Virus record (IMG/VR): IMGVR_UViG_3300017971_000214
Coordinates: 62,261-126,260 of that record
DNA length: 64,000 nt
Strand: one strand, 5' to 3'
DNA from: a virus
Shown here piece after piece: positions 8,678-18,030 of this stretch. The position numbers and the translations under genes were made by a program. Within the stretch, counting starts at the first letter, position 1; each line of letters starts with the position of its first letter. The notes below the pieces were generated by a model. The model saw only the letters and a program-made list of their open reading frames with translations, made no database searches and was not told the origin of the DNA.

Positions 8678-9952
8678 ATGCCCCGACCCAAGAAGCAGCC
8701 GGCCCGTGTGAACCCTTGGCGCCTCTTTGTGGGGGCCATGGTGCCCAACTGGCTGCTGCTGCGCCCCGAGCTGTCCCTCGGTGCCAAGCTCGTCTACGGG
8801 CGCCTCGCCCAGTACGCCGGGCGCCGGGGCTACGCCTACCCACTCATGAAGACCCTCGGGCGCGCGGTAGGGGTCAGCGAGAGGCAAGCGCGACGCTACG
8901 TCTCGGAGCTGAAGAACCACGGTCTCCTGGACACGGTCGACTACTCGGAGACCAACCGACCGAGCCGGTACTACTTCCTAAGCCACCACTGGATGTATGA
9001 AGAGGAAGTACACGAAACCACACTAGAAAGCGCGGGGGACCAGGACCAAGAAGAAAACGACCAGGAATTGCAGAGCGATTCCGAGGATTTGACACACCCC
9101 CCGGACACATATGACCGGACCCCCCGGACACATATGACCGGACCCCCCGGACAGATGTGTCCGCCAGAAGAGAGTCAGGGAAGAGAGTCAGAGAAAGAGA
9201 CTCAGGGTAGCGCCTTGCGGCGCCCCATCCCGGAAACGCCTCCTTCCGGCCCCCCGTCGAAACCGCAGGATACTGAATACGCCAGGCCACCTGATATGAA
9301 ACGCGATTGTCAAGTGGGGCGCTCAGTTCCGGTCCCCTCGGTGGCCGAGCTGGGTGCGGTCGTGAAGGCCGCTCAAGCGGAGGCCGACGACGCCGCGCGC
9401 ATCAAGGCGGCCAAGAAGAAGGCCGCGGCGGAGCGACGCCAGCGGTACAACGAGCAGCGCAAGGAGAACCGGAAGAACGAGCAGCGCGCGACCAACCTGC
9501 AGGGCAATGGGCTGAACGGGTCGAAGCTCACTCCTGAGCAGCGCAAGCGCCTGAAGAAGTGCGAGGGGCTGTGGCTATCCGGCATGCGGGCTCGTTGGCC
9601 CGACGCTACGTTTGCGGCGTGGAGCGGGAAGGAGCGCGGGCAGTGCACCAAGTTGCTGAAGCTCTACCCTGGTGACCTCGTAGGGCAAGCGCTATCCTAT
9701 GTGATAACCAACTGGGATGCGATCAAGGAGAGGCTGTTCAGAGGCAAAGGCTCCTTCCCCACGGTGGGGATGGTGCTCCGGCTGCACGACGTGCTGGTCC
9801 CCGAAGCCGAGACGCTAGGAAAGGCGCTGGCTGTTCGGGACGAATACAAGCAGTGGTTCAAAGACAACCCCAACAGCCTGTACCCACCGGATGACCTGGA
9901 GGCCAGGTACAACGCGGTCAAACCAGATCTCGAAGCGCTTGGATTGGAATAG
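8678..9952 (+). CDS. replication initiator protein with N-terminal winged HTH
   Basis: LSLGAKLVYGRL..YAYP.MKTLGRAVGVSERQARRYVSELKNHGLL (HTH_36-like); internal iterons; followed by DnaC-like and DnaB genes. Confidence 0.8.
   Translation: MPRPKKQPARVNPWRLFVGAMVPNWLLLRPELSLGAKLVYGRLAQYAGRRGYAYPLMKTLGRAVGVSERQARRYVSELKNHGLLDTVDYSETNRPSRYYFLSHHWMYEEEVHETTLESAGDQDQEENDQELQSDSEDLTHPPDTYDRTPRTHMTGPPGQMCPPEESQGRESEKETQGSALRRPIPETPPSGPPSKPQDTEYARPPDMKRDCQVGRSVPVPSVAELGAVVKAAQAEADDAARIKAAKKKAAAERRQRYNEQRKENRKNEQRATNLQGNGLNGSKLTPEQRKRLKKCEGLWLSGMRARWPDATFAAWSGKERGQCTKLLKLYPGDLVGQALSYVITNWDAIKERLFRGKGSFPTVGMVLRLHDVLVPEAETLGKALAVRDEYKQWFKDNPNSLYPPDDLEARYNAVKPDLEALGLE
9096..9164 (+). repeat. three tandem 23-bp iterons (putative origin)
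   Basis: ACCCCCCGGACACATATGACCGG x2 exact plus ACCCCCCGGACAGATGTGTCCGC; unit is not a multiple of 3. Confidence 0.85.
9168..9207 (+). repeat. three purine-rich 13-mers next to the iterons
   Basis: AAGAGAGTCAGGG, AAGAGAGTCAGAG, AAGAGACTCAGGG. Confidence 0.7.
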
Positions 9953-10585
9953 ATGAAGGATGGAGGGAGCAACGTGGAGCGGCTGCGCCGCACGCTAGGT
10001 CGATCGGACCTGGAGCGCATGAACATCCCGAAGAAGTTCTGGGGTGCGAAGGTGCAGTATGCCCCCGAGAGCGTGCGCGACGTCGTGCGCCGCTACCTGC
10101 TCAACATCGACAATATGGTGGCCCGCGGGGCCGGCATGTACGTCGTCGGGAAGCCCGGCGTGGGCAAGACCTCTATCGCCGTTATGGTCTGCAAGGAAGC
10201 GCGTTCCTGCGGCTTCACGGCCTACTTCACCCCCATCTGGGAGTTGAGGGAGTGCATCAAGTCCAGAGTCATGTTCGAAGAGAACACGTCGGTTCTGGAC
10301 CGCTGCAAGGAAGTCGATGTTCTGGTGCTCGATGATCTCTGCGCCGATGACGTCAAAGACTACACGTTCGGCGCTCGTCGCATCGAGGAGCTGCTGTCGT
10401 ACCGGAGTTCTCAGAAGCTCGTCACTGCGGTTACGACGCGATTGGATGCGTCGGAGCTGAAGAGCAAATTCGCATCCTTGATTTCATCGACACGTGGGTG
10501 CATGGTGTTCCTCCCCGTCGAAGGCCCAGACCTGAGACGGAAGCAGGACGAAGAGTTGAATAGAGCGGTGTTCGGTTCGGACTAG
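9953..10585 (+). CDS. DnaC/IstB-like AAA+ helicase loader
   Basis: GKPGVGKT Walker A, VLVLDDL Walker B, GPDLR; lies between initiator and DnaB. Confidence 0.85.
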   Translation: MKDGGSNVERLRRTLGRSDLERMNIPKKFWGAKVQYAPESVRDVVRRYLLNIDNMVARGAGMYVVGKPGVGKTSIAVMVCKEARSCGFTAYFTPIWELRECIKSRVMFEENTSVLDRCKEVDVLVLDDLCADDVKDYTFGARRIEELLSYRSSQKLVTAVTTRLDASELKSKFASLISSTRGCMVFLPVEGPDLRRKQDEELNRAVFGSD

Positions 10586-10619
10586 CACGCGATCTGGCGT
10601 TGCTGTCTGGGGGATAGTA

Positions 10620-13196
10620 GTGGGCGTTGATCTCGACAAAGGACTGGTTGCATCCATACTCCGCGATGGCCCCGACGCTTTGAAGGTCGTGAGGGAGTTC
10701 GGGATTGACGGCAGCCTTTTGGTAGATCCGGGGCGCAAGTTGTTCGACTTCGTCGAGCACTACTTTCGGCAGTATGGCCAGCTCCCCACGCCCGAGCTGC
10801 TGGTATCGAAGTTCGAGAAGGGCTCTCTTCCCGACGTGAAGGATCCAATTGAGTACTTCATCTTGGAGATCCGCGGCAGGAAACTGCAGAACGATCTGAA
10901 GGGCCGCGTCTACCCGTTCATGAAGATGCTCGAAGACGGGCAGAAACCCTTCGAGGCTCTAGACGAACTGGACATTCTGATCCGTGGTCTGCGTCAGGCT
11001 CACGAGATCACACGGGCTCAAGCCGAGAGCGTGCCGAAGCTGTGGCCTGAGGTGATGGATCTCTACGACCGGGTGAAGGGCGGGGAGAAGGGCATTCTCA
11101 CCCCGTGGCCTACGGTGAACAACGAGACGCTAGGCTTCTGGCCTGAAGACCTCGCGCTGTTCGCGGCCCGGCTCGGCATAGGCAAGTGCGTAGCCGAGGA
11201 TACGGAGATCGTAGACCCAGAGACAGGTGTTCCGCATACCATCCACGAGGTGTGTGAGAGAGAAGATCTCAGGAAGGTGTTCACTTGGAGCAAGGAGCGG
11301 GGGGTTCACGCTGCGCGGATAACGGCCAAGGTAGACACGGGAGTAAAACCCTGTCTGCGGTTCCGCTTTGCGTCTGGTCGCGAGGTCACTGTGACGCCGG
11401 AGCACCCTTTTCTGACCTCAGCTGGTTGGGAACCAGCGGCGGACTTGGTTGTGGGGGCTTCTGTGGGCCTTCCGGCTCGGGTGCCGTTCCCCGAGAGCCC
11501 CGAGCAGCTGCTTCCAGAGGCGGTTGATCTCCTCGCACTCCTGTTGGCGGAAGGGAGCTATAGCGGGAAGCACGTTGGGGTCTCTAGCGATGATGACGTA
11601 TTGTTGTCGATCGCTAGTCGAGCGTCTGACGCTTTCGGAGTAGATCTGAAGTACCGCTCGGGAGTCGACTACGATTTCGTCCGGCGGGAGAAGTCAGGCC
11701 CCAACCATGTGAGGACGTTTCTACGCTCTCACGATATGGACGGGAAGAAGGCCGTAGACAAGATTATCCCAGAAGCCGTGTTTGGTCTCCCTTCCGATCA
11801 GCTAGCTCGGTTCCTCGGGCTGTTCTGGATGTGTGACGGGTACGTAGATGGCACCGGTCCTGGCGTGACGCTTGCCTCCGAGAAGATGGTTCAGCAGCTC
11901 CAACATCTTCTCCTCCGTTTTGGGATTCATAGTAGTGTTGATCCAAAGAAGGCTACGTGTGAGGGGCGTGTATTCAACGCGTGGCGTCTCAGGGTGTACG
12001 CTTCCTCTTGGCCTGTGTTCTTGGCCGCTATTCCGCTGTGGGGTAGCAAGCGAGAGCGGTTGGAGGAGTTGGAGAGCCTGGACCGAAATCCTAACATCGG
12101 CTTCCCCAGGGTTTCAGGGGAGTTCAAGGCGCATCTTTTGGGATTGGTACGGAAGAGAGAAAACCATGGGAAGCTGAAACAGGTTGGCGAGCGCCTTGGC
12201 TGGTCCAGCTATTTCATGTTCCGCAGCCTGTTCGGGAAGGGCGACACTTTGTTGCTTCGGCGCTTCGCGGTGTTCTGCGAAGTATTTGGGCTGGAAAGGG
12301 AGTTCGGTTGGTTGTGGGACAGTGAGATTTTCTGGGACTCTGTGGAGTCTATCGAGGACGTCGGCCCTACCAAGATCTATGACCTCACTGTCGAGCCTTC
12401 TGCGTGTTTCTTGGCCAATGACGTGATCGTTCACAACACGTGGGCGGCGGCCATCATCGCTCATCACGCGTGGGCCGTGGGCGGCCACAAGGTGCTGTTC
12501 GGAACGACGGAGATCTCCAAGATTCGCATCGCCATGCGCTTCGCGGCGATCCACTTCAAACTCCCCTACCGTGAGATTCGCCTCGGGAAGCTCGACGCCT
12601 TCAACGAGAAGAAGATGCGCGATGGCATCAAAGACATCATGGATGCCGAGGGGCTGTACGTCATCGGCGGGGACTTCGACTTCCGCGTGGAGTCCTACGA
12701 GAACGCCGTCGAAGAGGTGGCGCCCGAGCTGTCGATCTTGGACGGAGCCTATTTGCTCAAGACGCAGGGGCAAACCAGGACCGAGCGCGCTGCCAACGCC
12801 TTCGACGAGCTGAAGCGAATTTGCAAGCGCACGAAGTGCCCGAGCATCGTCACCATGCAGTTCAACCGCGAGGTGAAGGCAGGCTCCAAGGCCACGGCAG
12901 ACGCCGGCAACATCGCGCTGACCGACGTCGCTGGCTGGAACGCCGATCTCGCCTACGGACTGATCCAGTCCGAGGACATGAAGAAGGACCGCCGTATGAT
13001 CTTCAAGCCCTTGAAGGTCCGTGAAGGCGAGGGCGAGGAGTTCGAGGTCAATTGGGACATCGACAAGGTGAACTTCACCGAGCTGCCGAAGCTGGGTGGC
13101 GGCGGGGGTGGAGCCGATGATGATGACGATCCGTTCGGTGCTGGAGTGAACGGCACGGGCGCCAGCTCGGGCGGTTCGGACGAGGTGCCTTTCTAG
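10620..13196 (+). CDS. dnaB: replicative DnaB-like helicase containing an intein (about 441 aa after splicing)
   Basis: AARLGIGK|TW split Walker A, TTEIS, ILDGAYL, MQFNR, KVREG. Confidence 0.9.
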   Translation: MGVDLDKGLVASILRDGPDALKVVREFGIDGSLLVDPGRKLFDFVEHYFRQYGQLPTPELLVSKFEKGSLPDVKDPIEYFILEIRGRKLQNDLKGRVYPFMKMLEDGQKPFEALDELDILIRGLRQAHEITRAQAESVPKLWPEVMDLYDRVKGGEKGILTPWPTVNNETLGFWPEDLALFAARLGIGKCVAEDTEIVDPETGVPHTIHEVCEREDLRKVFTWSKERGVHAARITAKVDTGVKPCLRFRFASGREVTVTPEHPFLTSAGWEPAADLVVGASVGLPARVPFPESPEQLLPEAVDLLALLLAEGSYSGKHVGVSSDDDVLLSIASRASDAFGVDLKYRSGVDYDFVRREKSGPNHVRTFLRSHDMDGKKAVDKIIPEAVFGLPSDQLARFLGLFWMCDGYVDGTGPGVTLASEKMVQQLQHLLLRFGIHSSVDPKKATCEGRVFNAWRLRVYASSWPVFLAAIPLWGSKRERLEELESLDRNPNIGFPRVSGEFKAHLLGLVRKRENHGKLKQVGERLGWSSYFMFRSLFGKGDTLLLRRFAVFCEVFGLEREFGWLWDSEIFWDSVESIEDVGPTKIYDLTVEPSACFLANDVIVHNTWAAAIIAHHAWAVGGHKVLFGTTEISKIRIAMRFAAIHFKLPYREIRLGKLDAFNEKKMRDGIKDIMDAEGLYVIGGDFDFRVESYENAVEEVAPELSILDGAYLLKTQGQTRTERAANAFDELKRICKRTKCPSIVTMQFNREVKAGSKATADAGNIALTDVAGWNADLAYGLIQSEDMKKDRRMIFKPLKVREGEGEEFEVNWDIDKVNFTELPKLGGGGGGADDDDDPFGAGVNGTGASSGGSDEVPF
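11187..12437 (+). mobile_element. DnaB intein, 417 aa, LAGLIDADG homing endonuclease
   Basis: starts CVAEDTEI, block B VTPEHPF, LLLAEGS and LFWMCDGY, ends VIVHN before T. Confidence 0.92.
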
Positions 13197-13202
13197 GGTG
13201 AG

Positions 13203-13523
13203 ATGATGGCGCAGGTAGGACAGATTCCCCGGTACGTGAAACACGTCACGATGGCCATTCTCAAGAAGAGAGGAATCCATTCGTTCGAGGCTGCTCTCGA
13301 CATTGCTAGGGCTCAGCTCACCAAGTTCGGCTACCTCGCGGCGGGCTCGGACAAGGGACCCCCTGCGAGAATCAAGCTGACGGCGGAGGGCAGGAAGAAG
13401 AACAGGGAGTTCGCTCGCCGCCCGATGCGCATGCTTTTGGAGTTCGATCGGGCGTATCAGAAGTCCAAGTGGGGCGGGAAGGACTTGAGCGAGCGGGAGG
13501 CGGGTTCAAAATCAGAGGACTAG
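13203..13523 (+). CDS. hypothetical basic protein
   Basis: fills the gap between dnaB and primase; RBS-like GGGTGAG. Confidence 0.55.
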   Translation: MMAQVGQIPRYVKHVTMAILKKRGIHSFEAALDIARAQLTKFGYLAAGSDKGPPARIKLTAEGRKKNREFARRPMRMLLEFDRAYQKSKWGGKDLSEREAGSKSED

Positions 13524-13528
13524 ACCGG

Positions 13529-14638
13529 ATGGACTTGGAGCAGATAGAGAAGTTGTTCAAGGTCTTGGGGTGCCTAGAGACGCGGTACAGCGGCACGTGG
13601 CTGAACGCCTCGTGCCCCTTCGCTGCGTGGAAGCACAAGAAGGGCCGCGACTCCCGTCCGAGCTTCGGCATCTCGATAGCGCCCGGCTGCGTGAGTCGGT
13701 ATCGGTGCTTCGCGTGTTCGACTTCGGGGGACCTTCCCACGTTTTTGTGGGCGTTGCAGAAGCTGAAGGGCGACGGCCCCTGGTTCGAGAGGGCTTCCAA
13801 GATCCTCATGGACCACGAGCATCCATCGCTTCGGGAGATCGAAGCTCGTATTGCTTTCGCCGAGGACCCGGAGAAGACGATTGCCGACCGACTGGCTCGG
13901 GCGCCTTCGGGTTGGGCGTACTCGGAGGCGAAGAAGCCTAGCTTCGCGTTCGATCAGAAGAGCGACGGGCGGAAGGCGCTGAAGCTAGACCACCTCGAAT
14001 ACGTGAAGATTCCAGAGGAGCATCTGGATCCTTTCCACTCCATTCCTCCCGAGGTGCTGGACTACCTGACAGGCCCAAGGCGTAAATTGCAGCACACCGC
14101 TATCGCGTTGTGGGATCTGGGGTGGCACCCACACAAGCGCCGAGTGGTGATCCCTATTCGAGACTGGGATGGGAACCTCGTAGCTCTCACCGGGCGCTGT
14201 CTCGACCAGTACGACGCCAAGGACGACAAGTGGTGGCACGAGCAGGAGCCCAAGTTCCTTCACAGCAAAGGTTTCAAGCGGGACTACTTTCTGTTCGGCG
14301 AGCACTTGGTGGAGCAGGGAGAACCCGGCATTCTCGTGGAGGGTCACTTCGACGCCATGTACCTCCGGCAGATGGGTTACCCCAACACGGTGGCGGTGAT
14401 GGGCTCCTATTTGAGCAAGGTACAGGTCGAGAAGATCGTGTCGATGTTCAGCGAGGTCACCATCTTCCCGGACGGTGACGAGGCTGGCGGAATCGCTGCC
14501 GAGAAGTGGGAGCACGCGCTGAAAGGCCGGGTCGATGTCAAGGTGCTCACGGTACACACGGGCCGCGATCCTGACGATTACGACGACGAGGAGTTGTTGG
14601 AGCTGATGGGCTTTGACTATCAGGACGCACCCTGCTAG
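13529..14638 (+). CDS. dnaG: DNA primase (Zn-finger plus TOPRIM)
   Basis: CPF..H...D..PSF, CFAC, VEGHFDA, PDGDEAG, DPDD. Confidence 0.88.
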   Translation: MDLEQIEKLFKVLGCLETRYSGTWLNASCPFAAWKHKKGRDSRPSFGISIAPGCVSRYRCFACSTSGDLPTFLWALQKLKGDGPWFERASKILMDHEHPSLREIEARIAFAEDPEKTIADRLARAPSGWAYSEAKKPSFAFDQKSDGRKALKLDHLEYVKIPEEHLDPFHSIPPEVLDYLTGPRRKLQHTAIALWDLGWHPHKRRVVIPIRDWDGNLVALTGRCLDQYDAKDDKWWHEQEPKFLHSKGFKRDYFLFGEHLVEQGEPGILVEGHFDAMYLRQMGYPNTVAVMGSYLSKVQVEKIVSMFSEVTIFPDGDEAGGIAAEKWEHALKGRVDVKVLTVHTGRDPDDYDDEELLELMGFDYQDAPC

Positions 14639-14659
14639 AGTTTTCCCCCTGCGACTCCG

Positions 14660-14688
14660 TAAAGGGTCGTTCGTTTTTCAACATCAGC
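14660..14688 (+). terminator. possible intrinsic terminator after primase
   Basis: GCGACTCC-GTAA-AGGGTCGT then TCGTTTTT. Confidence 0.35.
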
Positions 14689-14719
14689 GCGTAGCGTGAA
14701 AGCACGCCAGGAGATAGAA

Positions 14720-15523
14720 ATGAGCGAAGAACAGTCTTGGTACAACACTGGGTACGACGGCGTCTCGAAGGAAGAGGCGCGCATCCAGGCATCGCGCGGC
14801 CCGAGCCGCGTGTGGATCAAAGGGGGGACGGGGAAAGACCTCGTCCTTGTCGACGGGGAACCGTTCTGCATCTACGAGCACAATGCGAAGATCGACGGCA
14901 ACTGGCGCAACCATCACACTTGTATGCGGGGGTTCGAGGATCCCTGCCTGTCGTGTGAGACGCTGGGGGCCAAGAGCCGGTACTACTGCGGCTACCTTAC
15001 TGCGGTGGACTGCTCGCTCTGGGAGGACAAGAAGGGCAACAAGTACCAGTTCGAGGTGAAGCTCATCGGCGGCAAGCTGGGGCAGCTCAAGAAGTGGAAG
15101 CGCAAGCAGGAGTCGCGGGAAGAGGACGGCAAGGGCGGCCTGGCGATGACCAAGTGGAAGGTCTTCCGGGAGGACGACACGAAGGCGTCTACGGGCGATG
15201 AGTGGGAAGCTGACGGCGAGGTAACGAAGCCGGAAAAGCTGTTCGAGGTCGCCAACTACCGCGGGAAGCTGCTGTCCGAGATGTGGGACGAGGCGGAAAA
15301 AGAGGAGCCCAAGATGGTGGCTCTCAAGAAGATTTTCCAGCTGGAGTTCGACGACGACGGCAATCTCGTGCGCAAGGTTGTCCCGTTCAACTACATGGAA
15401 GTCCTGAAGCCGAGGGGCAACCAGTTCGTGAAGGACATGCTTCGCGGAGCTTCGACGGACGACGACACCAACAGCGATAAGTCTGGTGGCGCTGGAGGGT
15501 CGGAGGACGACGTTCCGTTCTAG
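14720..15523 (+). CDS. phage single-stranded DNA-binding protein (gp32-like)
   Basis: H..C..C..C putative Zn site, aromatic-rich core, acidic tail ending EDDVPF; replication context. Confidence 0.7.
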   Translation: MSEEQSWYNTGYDGVSKEEARIQASRGPSRVWIKGGTGKDLVLVDGEPFCIYEHNAKIDGNWRNHHTCMRGFEDPCLSCETLGAKSRYYCGYLTAVDCSLWEDKKGNKYQFEVKLIGGKLGQLKKWKRKQESREEDGKGGLAMTKWKVFREDDTKASTGDEWEADGEVTKPEKLFEVANYRGKLLSEMWDEAEKEEPKMVALKKIFQLEFDDDGNLVRKVVPFNYMEVLKPRGNQFVKDMLRGASTDDDTNSDKSGGAGGSEDDVPF

Positions 15524-15541
15524 GGGCGTAGCTGAGGCTAT

Positions 15542-15588
15542 GCCCCGCCGGCTGCCTATTCCCCCCTTGGTGGTCGGCGGGGCTTTTT
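15542..15588 (+). terminator. intrinsic terminator
   Basis: GCCCCGCCGGCTGCC / GGTGGTCGGCGGGGC 15-bp stem with G-U pairs, followed by TTTTT. Confidence 0.8.
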
Positions 15589-15603
15589 CATTGGGAGACG
15601 GGC

Positions 15604-15813
15604 ATGAGTGAGCGGAGTCGGGTGGTGTTCGCTGTACTGCACTTGGGGCGAAGCGGCATGGAGGTGGTGAGCGAACGTGGAGGCAGGAAGCGCAAGGTGA
15701 ACATCACCTGGCACCGGAAGGATGTCTCTGACGCTCCTCCCGAAGACTGGGCGAATCAGGTCAGCAAAGAGCAGGATTTCCAGGACTCTGATCGTATGCC
15801 GGACATGGGGTAA
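15604..15813 (+). CDS. hypothetical protein
   Basis: GGGAG RBS; fills the gap. Confidence 0.5.
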   Translation: MSERSRVVFAVLHLGRSGMEVVSERGGRKRKVNITWHRKDVSDAPPEDWANQVSKEQDFQDSDRMPDMG

Positions 15814-15817
15814 TCTG

Positions 15818-17164
15818 TTGCGGGTCGTAATCGACAAGCTCGCCTGGATCTCGAAGGCCGACCTCGAACCTGCCAAGGAGCAGGTGCTTCGTCGACAGCT
15901 CACCGTGACTCCCCGCAAGGTCGGGGACTATCCAGGGGACCCCCCGAGCCCCATCAAGCTGTGGGTTGAGACAGAGACTCACATGGGGATCCCTCGCGAG
16001 TACTACCGCGAGAACAAGAAGGACGATCACGAGGTCGTTTACGAGTACACGATGGGAGCGAAGCTCCCGAGCGTTCTCGCGTTCGAGGGCGAGCTGCGTG
16101 AGGAGCAGAACGAGGCGCTGCACTGCCTGTTGGACACGTTTCCCGATGAGGCATGCACCGGAGGTCTCGTGAGGGCCGCGCCCGGATGGGGCAAGACGGT
16201 CTGGTGCTGTGCGGCCATCGCGACTCTGAACGTCCCGACGCTGGTCGTGGTGCACAAGGAGTTCCTGATGAACCAGTGGCGCGAGCGCATTCAGCAGTTT
16301 TTGCCGGATGCGGAGATCGGCCACGTGCAGCAGGACACCTGCGACTTCAAGGGCCGCCACGTCGTCTTGGCCATGGTTCACTCGCTGGCGCAGAAGTCCT
16401 ATCCTGATGATCTTTACTCCTACTTCGGTCTGGTGGTTACCGACGAGGTGCATCGCATCGGGGCCGAAACGTGGTCCGCGGTCCCCGCCAAGTTCGCAGC
16501 TCGGTGGCGCTTGGGTGTCACGGCGACGCCACGGCGGAAGGACCGCGCGGACAACGTGTTCAAGTACCACATCGGTTCGATCTTCTTCACGGCGCACGAG
16601 CAGCGCCTGAAGGTGAAGATCAAGCGGGTGTGGACTGACTTCAAGCTCGTCAAAACCTCGCGGTTCAACCCGTCGTTGGCCCCCCGCTCGCTCATCCTGA
16701 AGTTCCTGGTGGCGAGCAAGCAGCGCAACCGGCGCATCGCCGGGCAGATCATCAGCGCGGCGGAAGCAGGCCGGAAGATCTTGGTGCTCAGTGAGCGCCT
16801 GAACCACCTGGACCTGCTGGACGGATGTTTCCGGGAAGGGTGGCGAGAGAAGCACCCGAAGGACGACGTGCCCTCGGTGGGCTACTACGTGGGCGGTATG
16901 GAGGAAGATGAGCGCAAGGAGTCCGCTCAGGCGCAGGTCATCTTCGCCACGAAACAGTACGCTTCTGAAGGTCTCGATATTCCGGCTCTGGATACGCTCG
17001 TCATCGCTACTCCTATGGGGGATGTGGAGCAGGCTGTTGGTCGGATCCAACGCCCCCACCCGGACAAGAAGGAGCCCATCGTAGTGGACATTCGGGACGA
17101 CTACGTCCGGCCCTTCAAGTTCTCCGGACAGACTCGGGACAAGTTCTACCTCCGGGTGACTTGA
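15818..17164 (+). CDS. superfamily 2 helicase (UvsW/Rad25/ResIII-like)
   Basis: AAPGWGKT, DEVH, TAT, EGLDIP, QAVGRIQR; start uncertain. Confidence 0.88.
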   Translation: MRVVIDKLAWISKADLEPAKEQVLRRQLTVTPRKVGDYPGDPPSPIKLWVETETHMGIPREYYRENKKDDHEVVYEYTMGAKLPSVLAFEGELREEQNEALHCLLDTFPDEACTGGLVRAAPGWGKTVWCCAAIATLNVPTLVVVHKEFLMNQWRERIQQFLPDAEIGHVQQDTCDFKGRHVVLAMVHSLAQKSYPDDLYSYFGLVVTDEVHRIGAETWSAVPAKFAARWRLGVTATPRRKDRADNVFKYHIGSIFFTAHEQRLKVKIKRVWTDFKLVKTSRFNPSLAPRSLILKFLVASKQRNRRIAGQIISAAEAGRKILVLSERLNHLDLLDGCFREGWREKHPKDDVPSVGYYVGGMEEDERKESAQAQVIFATKQYASEGLDIPALDTLVIATPMGDVEQAVGRIQRPHPDKKEPIVVDIRDDYVRPFKFSGQTRDKFYLRVT

Positions 17165-17189
17165 CAATTCAGAAACCACCTGCTAAGTT
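17161..17189 (+). promoter_or_regulatory. sigma70-type promoter
   Basis: TTGACA-N17-TAAGTT with TGn extension in an AT-rich gap. Confidence 0.65.
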
Positions 17190-17198
17190 ATTGATAAT

Positions 17199-18020
17199 AT
17201 GGGAAACGGCGACTCAGGCTTTAGTTTCAGGGACTGGTACGCCGAGAACGGCAAGCGCCTGAACAAGAAACGACGCAGGCGCTACCAGGATGATCCGGAG
17301 TACCGCGAGCGCGTGCTGGAGATGAACCGAGTCTCCCGCGAGCGTCGGCGCAAAGAGCAGGAGACAAAGCGGCGCAAGGAGCGGAGCGCGTCCAAGGTCA
17401 AGACGCGGCCGTTACCCTTCAAGACAGTGCGGGCCGTGGTGGAGACCGCGGATGGCAAAGAGGGGGAGGAACAGCTGTTCACCATCGGAGCGCTGGCTCG
17501 GACGGTGGGGTGTTCGGTGCAGGCCATTCGCCTGTGGGAGAAGCAGGGTGTGCTACCTCCCACAGAGATTCGGAACGAGAAGGGCGATCGGCTGTACACT
17601 GCTCAGCAAGTGGAGATGATCTACGAGCTGATGAAGCAGCAGGGGAGGCTCAACGAGAAGCAGGCTAACAAGCCTCGCAAGCGAGACGAGCCCCGGCCCT
17701 TCTTCCGCGACGTCGACTTCGGGGGTGGGCAGGTGGAGGAGATACCTCTATTCCGCATTGGCGTGCTTGCGCAGGCCATTGGGCGCACGGTGCTGACGGT
17801 CGAGCAGATGGAGAGCCGGGGTGCGCTTCCCGAGACCCCGTTCCGAGCTGCGAGCACCCGGTATCGTCTCTATACCGGCGAGATGATCGAGGCCGTAGCG
17901 AAGGCTATGGATGCTCGGGGCGGGACAATTAGGGGGAAGGCCCGCTGGCAGGCTTTCCACGATGAGATTTTGGACGCGTGGAATCGCCTGGGGGTGATGG
18001 AAGCATCGCTCGCAGGGTAG
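17199..18020 (+). CDS. DNA-binding protein with two tandem MerR-type HTH domains
   Basis: FTIGALARTVGCSVQAIRLWEKQGVLP..RLYT and FRIGVLAQAIGRTVLTVEQMESRGALP..RLYT. Confidence 0.8.
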   Translation: MGNGDSGFSFRDWYAENGKRLNKKRRRRYQDDPEYRERVLEMNRVSRERRRKEQETKRRKERSASKVKTRPLPFKTVRAVVETADGKEGEEQLFTIGALARTVGCSVQAIRLWEKQGVLPPTEIRNEKGDRLYTAQQVEMIYELMKQQGRLNEKQANKPRKRDEPRPFFRDVDFGGGQVEEIPLFRIGVLAQAIGRTVLTVEQMESRGALPETPFRAASTRYRLYTGEMIEAVAKAMDARGGTIRGKARWQAFHDEILDAWNRLGVMEASLAG

Positions 18021-18030
18021 AGGGGACGAC

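Noticed and set aside
9096-9207. Possible CRISPR mini-array, given the Cas4-like gene
   Set aside because: The repeats abut with no spacers and lie inside a coding region; iterons fit better
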